Source: an uncultured Candidatus Binatia bacterium (GTDB lineage: Bacteria > Desulfobacterota > Binatia > UBA9968 > JAJDTQ01). Taken from it: a stretch of 64,000 bases of DNA. The DNA lies in contig OZ251459.1 of assembly GCA_965242525.1 (NCBI GenBank), positions 3,776,001 to 3,840,000 of the forward strand, in the 5' to 3' direction. Numbering within the stretch: position 1 is the first letter of the stretch; each line of letters starts with the position of its first letter. A program made the translations under genes and the position numbers. The notes below the pieces were generated by a model that was given only the letters and a program-made list of their open reading frames with translations, did not search any database and was not told the DNA's origin. Below are positions 58,661 to 64,000 of the stretch, one piece after another.

Positions 58661-59491
58661 ATGAACAACGCACCGGAACTACCCGTGGAAAGCGCCCAGG
58701 ACCCGTCGTTCGCGGCGTCCCTGAAGGGCGTCTATGACCGCCACCGCATCGGGCTCAATTTCTGCGTCTCCATGGCGCTGGCCTTGGCGCTGTGGGAGTT
58801 CGTGGACTACGTCTTCAACGACCCGGACTTCTTTACCGGACCCGTCGCGGTGATCATCGAGTACGGGGTCCTGGTCCAGGAACCGCGATTCTGGGAGCAC
58901 ATCCGGTACAGCGGCACCGAGTTGATCTACGGCTTCAGCTTGGCCGTGGGACTGGGAGTCTTCATCGGCGCGGCGGTGGCCTTCAGCCGCACCCTGGACG
59001 AGATGTTCTCGCCCATACTCGTGGGACTCTACGCCACCCCGCGTTCGGTGGCGGCGCCGCTGTTCATCATCTGGCTGGGTCTCGGCATCGCCTCGAAGGT
59101 CGGGGTCATCACCCTTGCCTCGGTCTTCCCCGTGATCATCAATACCCAGGCCGGCATCAAGAACGTCCAGGGCGAGTTCCGCATGCTGGGGCGGGCCTTC
59201 AACGTCTCCTTCTGGTCCATGCTGGTGAAGATCATCGTGCCGGGGTCGCTGCCGTTCCTGATCGCGGGGCTGAGGCTCGGCTACTCGCGGTCCGTGGTCA
59301 CCATCATGGTGGCGGAGCTCTTCGGGGCCGAGGCCGGGATCGGCTACATGATCGACCACGCCACCCAGACGTTCCACGTGGCGGAGATGATGGTGGGCAT
59401 CTCGCTCCTGACCATGATGGGCATCGCCGGCAACGAGATCCTGAAGTTCATCGAGCGGTGGGCCACCCCCTACCGGAAGACCCTGGTCTGA
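58661..59491 (+). CDS. ABC transporter permease (NitT/TauT family)
   Basis: PLFIIWLGLG, FPVIINT, PGSLP, VAEL. Confidence 0.9.
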   Translation: MNNAPELPVESAQDPSFAASLKGVYDRHRIGLNFCVSMALALALWEFVDYVFNDPDFFTGPVAVIIEYGVLVQEPRFWEHIRYSGTELIYGFSLAVGLGVFIGAAVAFSRTLDEMFSPILVGLYATPRSVAAPLFIIWLGLGIASKVGVITLASVFPVIINTQAGIKNVQGEFRMLGRAFNVSFWSMLVKIIVPGSLPFLIAGLRLGYSRSVVTIMVAELFGAEAGIGYMIDHATQTFHVAEMMVGISLLTMMGIAGNEILKFIERWATPYRKTLV

Positions 59492-59506
59492 GTCGAAGGC
59501 GGACCG

Positions 59507-60292
59507 ATGGAAGTCCTGAAGAACCTGTACGAAACGCAGCGCAGGTGGATCAACGCCGTGATCGGCCTTGCCATCGTCACGGCCTTCTGGTCGTTCGCCA
59601 ACTGGCAGGTGAACAGCGAGCTGTTCTTCGTGGGGCCGTGGCGGGTGGTCACCTACACCTGGCAGATCTTCGCCAGCGGCGAGATCCTGGACGACCTGCG
59701 CATCAGCGGCATCGAGTTCTTCTGGGGCTACGGCGTGGCCGCGGCCGCGGGCATCGGCTTCGGCATGGTCTTCGGCATCAGCCGGATCTTCCGGGAGTTC
59801 TTCGACCCCTGGCTCAGCGCCCTCTACGCCACGCCGTCGGTGGCCCTGGCCCCGCTCATCATCATCTGGTTCGGCGTGGACCTGACCGCCAAGATCGTCA
59901 TCGTGCTCATCACCGCGGTGATCCCCATCGTCCTGAACACCTATACCGGGGTGATGAGCGTGGGCAAGGAGTTCCAGACCCTGGCCAACTCGTTCTGCAT
60001 CCCCAGGAACCAGATCCTCTACAAGATCCTCATCCCCGGTTCGCTGCCCTACATCGTGACCGGCCTCCGTCTCGGCATCTCCCGGGGGATCGTGGGAGTG
60101 GTGGTGGGCGAGTACTTCGGCGCCCACGCCGGGCTGGGCTACCAGTTGTTCAAGGGGCTGGACACCTACAACATGCCCCTCATGATGTCGTGCGCCGCCA
60201 TGCTCGCAGGCACCGGCGTGGTCTTCAACCAGGTCATCCTCGTGGTGGAGCGGTGGATGGCGCCGTGGCGTGACAGCCAGTTACAGGAGTAG
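59507..60292 (+). CDS. ABC transporter permease (NitT/TauT family)
   Basis: PSVALAPLIIIWFG, PGSLPYIVTGLRLG. Confidence 0.9.
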   Translation: MEVLKNLYETQRRWINAVIGLAIVTAFWSFANWQVNSELFFVGPWRVVTYTWQIFASGEILDDLRISGIEFFWGYGVAAAAGIGFGMVFGISRIFREFFDPWLSALYATPSVALAPLIIIWFGVDLTAKIVIVLITAVIPIVLNTYTGVMSVGKEFQTLANSFCIPRNQILYKILIPGSLPYIVTGLRLGISRGIVGVVVGEYFGAHAGLGYQLFKGLDTYNMPLMMSCAAMLAGTGVVFNQVILVVERWMAPWRDSQLQE

Positions 60293-60295
60293 TCC

Positions 60296-61087
60296 GTGTC
60301 GTCGTCGATCCAGGTAGAACAGATACACAAGGTGTTCATCAAGCCCACCGGGGAGACCGTCCATGCCGTGGGAGGCATCGACATGGACCTCCGGCCGGGG
60401 ACGTTCTATTCGTTCGTGGGACCCAGCGGCTGCGGCAAGACCACGCTGCTGCACATGATCCACGGCCTGCTGCCTCCCACCAAGGGCCGCGTGCTCCTCA
60501 ACGGGGATGAGGTCACCGGCCCGACCCCCAACAAGGCGGTGGTGTTCCAGCAGGCCCTGCTGCTGCCGTGGCGCAACGTCACCGACAACATCAAGTTCGG
60601 CATCGAGAACGACCGCGGCAAGTCCTCCACCGAGAAGCGGGAGATCTGCGACAAATACACGCAGATCGTCGGGCTGCGGGGTTTCGAGGGCCACTACCCC
60701 CACGAGCTTTCCGGCGGCATGCAGCAGCGGGTGAACCTTGCCCGCGCCTTGGCCGTGGACCCGGAAATCCTCCTGATGGACGAGCCCTTCGCCTCGCTGG
60801 ACGCCCAGACCCGCCTGCTCATGCAGGAGGAGCTCCAGCGCATGGTGGACTGGAAGAACTCCGGCAAGATCGTCATCTTCGTGACCCACGACATCGAGGA
60901 GGCCGTGTTCCTCTCGGACGTGGTGTTCTGCTTCAGCTTCCGGCCGGGGCGGATCATGAAGGAGATCAAGGTGCCCTTCCCCACGCCCCGGACCCTGCGG
61001 GTGAAGGAAGAGGCGGAGTTCCTGCAGATCAAGCACGACATCTGGGAGCTGTTGGCGGACGAGGCGCGCAAGGCCATGGAGGAATGA
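60296..61087 (+). CDS. ABC transporter ATP-binding protein (NitT/TauT family)
   Basis: GPSGCGKT, LSGGMQQR, LLMDEPF, VTHD. Confidence 0.95.
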   Translation: MSSSIQVEQIHKVFIKPTGETVHAVGGIDMDLRPGTFYSFVGPSGCGKTTLLHMIHGLLPPTKGRVLLNGDEVTGPTPNKAVVFQQALLLPWRNVTDNIKFGIENDRGKSSTEKREICDKYTQIVGLRGFEGHYPHELSGGMQQRVNLARALAVDPEILLMDEPFASLDAQTRLLMQEELQRMVDWKNSGKIVIFVTHDIEEAVFLSDVVFCFSFRPGRIMKEIKVPFPTPRTLRVKEEAEFLQIKHDIWELLADEARKAMEE

Positions 61088-61214
61088 ACGGACGCGCGCC
61101 GCAACGCCGACCCGCAGGAACCCCCATCGAACGGGCGAGGATGAAGCAGTAGGGACGTCGAACGGCATGGCTGCCAACGTCATTCGGAGCAGCCCCCAAC
61201 CAGGGAGGAGAACG

Positions 61215-62237
61215 ATGAAGTCCAGGTGTATCGCAAAGGGAATCGTCGCCGCCTTCGTAGGCGCGGCGCTGTCATGGGGCGGTCCGGCGCTCGCGCTGGA
61301 GAAGCTCCGCATCCCGGTGGCGCAGACCAACTCCACCACCGCGCTGGTGGAACAGGTGGCCATCAACAAAGGCTGGTTCAAGGAGATCGGATACGACGCC
61401 AAGGTCTATTCGGTGTCGGGCGGCGAGCAAGCCGCGGTCCTGGCGCTGGAAAGGGGCCAGCTCCCGTTCTTCGGCTCGGACGACAACATCCCGCTGGCCA
61501 TTCGCCCGGGCAGCAACATCCGCATCGTCGGCACCGAGGTCAACACGCTGCCGTACTGGCTGGTGGGCGGAAAGCACGTCAAGTCCTACAAGGACCTGCC
61601 GCGGCCCGTGAAGGTCGGCATCAGCTCGCCCACCTCGTCCAACGTCTATGTGTCCCTCAAGCTGCTGCAGGCGGCCGGCATCCCGGAGAAGGACACCCGC
61701 CTGGTCAAGGTCGGCGGATCGTCGGCGCGGCTGGCGGGGGTGAAGGCCGGCAAGATCGACGTGGGTTCGCTGACGTTCGGCAAGATGCTGGTGGCCCGGG
61801 AAGCGGGGTTGACCGTCCTCGGCGGCGCGGAACAGTTCGCCAAGGAGTACGCCTTCCTGCAGCTCGCCATGAACAAGAACTACATCAAGGACGAGCCGGA
61901 AAAGGCCACCGCCATCTTCGGCACGCTCATTCGCGGCTGCGCCTACGTGAACGACCCCAAGAACGGGGAAGATGTGGTGGACATCTATACCAGGGTGATG
62001 CGCAACAAGCCGCACATCGCCAAGCAGATGTACGAGATCGAGGTCCTGGAGCAGGGGAGCATACCGGACCGGTGCCAAGCCACCGCAAAGGGGATCCAGG
62101 CGTACATCGATTCGGCCTTCTGGACCAAGTCCATCCCGGCCGACACCAAGGTCCCGCCCATCGACCAGATCATGATGCAGGACTTCTACGACAAGGCCCT
62201 GGCCTGGTACAACAACAAGGGCTGGATGAAGAACTAG
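61215..62237 (+). CDS. ABC transporter substrate-binding protein (NMT1/SsuA-like)
   Basis: Signal peptide, KGWFKEIG, GGSSARLAG; GGAGGAG RBS. Confidence 0.85.
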   Translation: MKSRCIAKGIVAAFVGAALSWGGPALALEKLRIPVAQTNSTTALVEQVAINKGWFKEIGYDAKVYSVSGGEQAAVLALERGQLPFFGSDDNIPLAIRPGSNIRIVGTEVNTLPYWLVGGKHVKSYKDLPRPVKVGISSPTSSNVYVSLKLLQAAGIPEKDTRLVKVGGSSARLAGVKAGKIDVGSLTFGKMLVAREAGLTVLGGAEQFAKEYAFLQLAMNKNYIKDEPEKATAIFGTLIRGCAYVNDPKNGEDVVDIYTRVMRNKPHIAKQMYEIEVLEQGSIPDRCQATAKGIQAYIDSAFWTKSIPADTKVPPIDQIMMQDFYDKALAWYNNKGWMKN

Positions 62238-62269
62238 GCCGGACGGTCCGCGCCTTCGGCCTGCCGGAA

Positions 62270-62313
62270 AAAGGGCTCCTCCCGATGCCGCGAGACATCG
62301 GGAGGAGCCCTTT
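62270..62313. terminator. Bidirectional intrinsic terminator
   Basis: Long stem AAAGGGCTCCTCCCGATG / CATCGGGAGGAGCCCTTT between convergent genes. Confidence 0.85.
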
Positions 62314-62340
62314 CTTCATGGAGCGTCTCCCCGGACGGGC

Positions 62341-63543
62341 CTACGCCAGCATCCGGAGCGCGGCCGCGGCATAGACCCGCGCCGCCCGGCGCAACTGCTC
62401 GATCGGGACCACCTCGCTGTCGGTGTGGGCGAACGCCAAGTCTCCGGGACCGAACATGACGGTCTCGATGCCCTTCTCGTTCAGGTAGCCGGCGTCCAGC
62501 GCCGCGGGGAAGTAGATGGGCGGCCCGGTCTCTCCGGCCATCTCGCGCGCCGCGGCGAGGGCCGCGGCCACCGCGCTGTCCGCCGGGACCTCCGCGGGGT
62601 ACATGAAGTCCCCTTGCGCCGCCTCCGCCCGCCACGGCTGCATGTCCGCCAACGCCCGCGATATGGCACCCAACGCCTCCCCGGGGTCCTCGCCCGGAAG
62701 CAGGCGCCGGTCCAGCGTGAGGCGGCAACGGTCCTGGATGGTGTGCAGGATGTCGGGGCCGCTCTCGATGCGGGTGGCCACCAGGGTGGCCTTGCCCAGG
62801 GCCGGGTGCTCGATGCCGTCCACCAAGCCGTCCAGGCGCTCCAAGACCGCGCGGGCGCCGTCCACCGCGTTGACCCCGGCCCACGGCGTGCTGCTGTGGC
62901 ACGACTTGCCGCGCACTTCCACCTCCACGTCGATCCTCCCCTTGTTGCCCAGGCAGACCCGGTTGCCCGTGCCCAGGCCCACGATCCCGTGGTGCGCCGC
63001 AAGGCCTTCCTCCTCGACCATGTGCCGGGCCGCAAGGTGCCGTCCCGTCTCCCCGGCAACGCTCACCGCCAGCACCAGCGGCCGCGCCAGACGACGCCCC
63101 GAGCGCCGCACCGCGGCCGCGGCCGCCATCATGGCCGCCAAGGCAGCCTTCTGCTCGCAGCCTCCCCTTCCCCACACGCACGGCCCCTGGAGCCCGTAGG
63201 GCTCCCCCGGGACGACCTTTCCCGAAAAGGGATCCGGCATGGAGCCGGCCGGAAAGGTCATGGCGTAGCCCATGAAGAGCAGTCCTTCCGCGGCCTCCCC
63301 CGGGTCTCCGTCCAGCCGCCAGAGCAGGTTGCCCATGCCGTCGGTGCGGGGCGCCGTGCCGGTGAGCGCTTCGAGCCTCGGAGCCGCCACGCGAGCCACG
63401 AAGTCCCTGACAGCGGGGTCGGCTTCCATGAGTTCCGTGTGCACCGACGGGACCCGCAGCAATTCGGTGAACAGCGCGTCCACCTCCGCATCCGCGACGT
63501 TCTCGTGGGCCAGGCGATAGGCTTGCCTCGCGTCCATGCTCAT
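62341..63543 (-). CDS. M20/ArgE-DapE-like peptidase/deacylase
   Basis: VWGRGG, GKSCHSS, GVNA, DRRLLPGE, FGPG..AH; several canonical metal ligands appear substituted. Confidence 0.8.
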   Translation of the reverse strand: MSMDARQAYRLAHENVADAEVDALFTELLRVPSVHTELMEADPAVRDFVARVAAPRLEALTGTAPRTDGMGNLLWRLDGDPGEAAEGLLFMGYAMTFPAGSMPDPFSGKVVPGEPYGLQGPCVWGRGGCEQKAALAAMMAAAAAVRRSGRRLARPLVLAVSVAGETGRHLAARHMVEEEGLAAHHGIVGLGTGNRVCLGNKGRIDVEVEVRGKSCHSSTPWAGVNAVDGARAVLERLDGLVDGIEHPALGKATLVATRIESGPDILHTIQDRCRLTLDRRLLPGEDPGEALGAISRALADMQPWRAEAAQGDFMYPAEVPADSAVAAALAAAREMAGETGPPIYFPAALDAGYLNEKGIETVMFGPGDLAFAHTDSEVVPIEQLRRAARVYAAAALRMLA

Positions 63544-63820
63544 CCGTCCCGTAACTCGAAGGTCTCCCCCGCACAGGCTGTCCCCGGCCGGGTTCCGGGG
63601 AGCCAGTCTATGGCGCGAGCGCCTTGGAGTAAAGGCCGGACGGTCCTCGAAGACGACATTGTTCCGGCGACGACCCGGGGATGCCGACGACGCCCATGGG
63701 CGCCCCCGGCTCCACGGGGCGCGCGGCCCGGTTCCGCTTGCTTTCGACAAAGGCTTCTGTTAGCGTGGGGCCAGTCGAGCCAATCGTCAATCCCAACCGC
63801 AAAGCCTCGAGGGAGCGCAC

Positions 63821-64000
63821 ATGTTTACCGACAAGGTCGAGCTCAAGGACTTCGAGAAGATGGACCCGGAGTACCAGGACCTGCTGAAGCGGGTGCTGGC
63901 CATCCAGTGCGACTGCGAGATCGGCGGGCCGCACCTCTACCTGGAGGACATGCTCCCCAAGGCGCCGTCGAAGCTGGACCAGCTCGTGGTGGCGCGCACC
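63821..64000 (+). CDS. Partial (5' end) ferritin-like di-iron protein, PaaA/BoxB-type aromatic-CoA epoxidase-like
   Basis: MFTDKVELKDFEKMDPEYQDLLKRVLAIQCDCEIGG...APS; GGGAG RBS; runs off the window. Confidence 0.55.
   Translation, partial: MFTDKVELKDFEKMDPEYQDLLKRVLAIQCDCEIGGPHLYLEDMLPKAPSKLDQLVVART

Overview
High-GC bacterial chromosomal window. The gene content and style resemble a Deltaproteobacteria-like lineage such as Binatia; this is inference only. The backbone is housekeeping: ppiD, the mreBCD-mrdA-rodA operon, trxA/pepA/folE, ptsP, a FliA/WhiG sigma factor, fabI/fabF/fabH, bioB, rpoZ, acyl-CoA carboxylase, tatC and tatA/B, pyrE/pyrR, and TTT, MFS and ABC transporters. Two accessory, defence-like islands interrupt it. 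Island 1 (~7.7-16.0 kb) holds decayed toxin-antitoxin modules, a retropepsin-like protease, a low-GC tandem NDT/TIR-like + P-loop ATPase gene and a single-chain restriction-modification enzyme. Island 2 (~46.0-50.5 kb) is a coupled gene pair: a degenerate-SIR2/STAND-like/helical/OB-like protein and an RxxxxH (HEPN-like) partner. Other notable items are a 97-aa acidic peptide with 15 perfect Gly-Cys repeats on varied codons, a stand-alone ~150-nt transcription unit with a 12-codon CxC ORF, and a ~110-bp MITE family (10 core copies), one copy of which has clear TIRs and a 4-bp TSD. No rRNA, tRNA or CRISPR array was recognised. All family calls come from motif recognition by eye; no searches were run.
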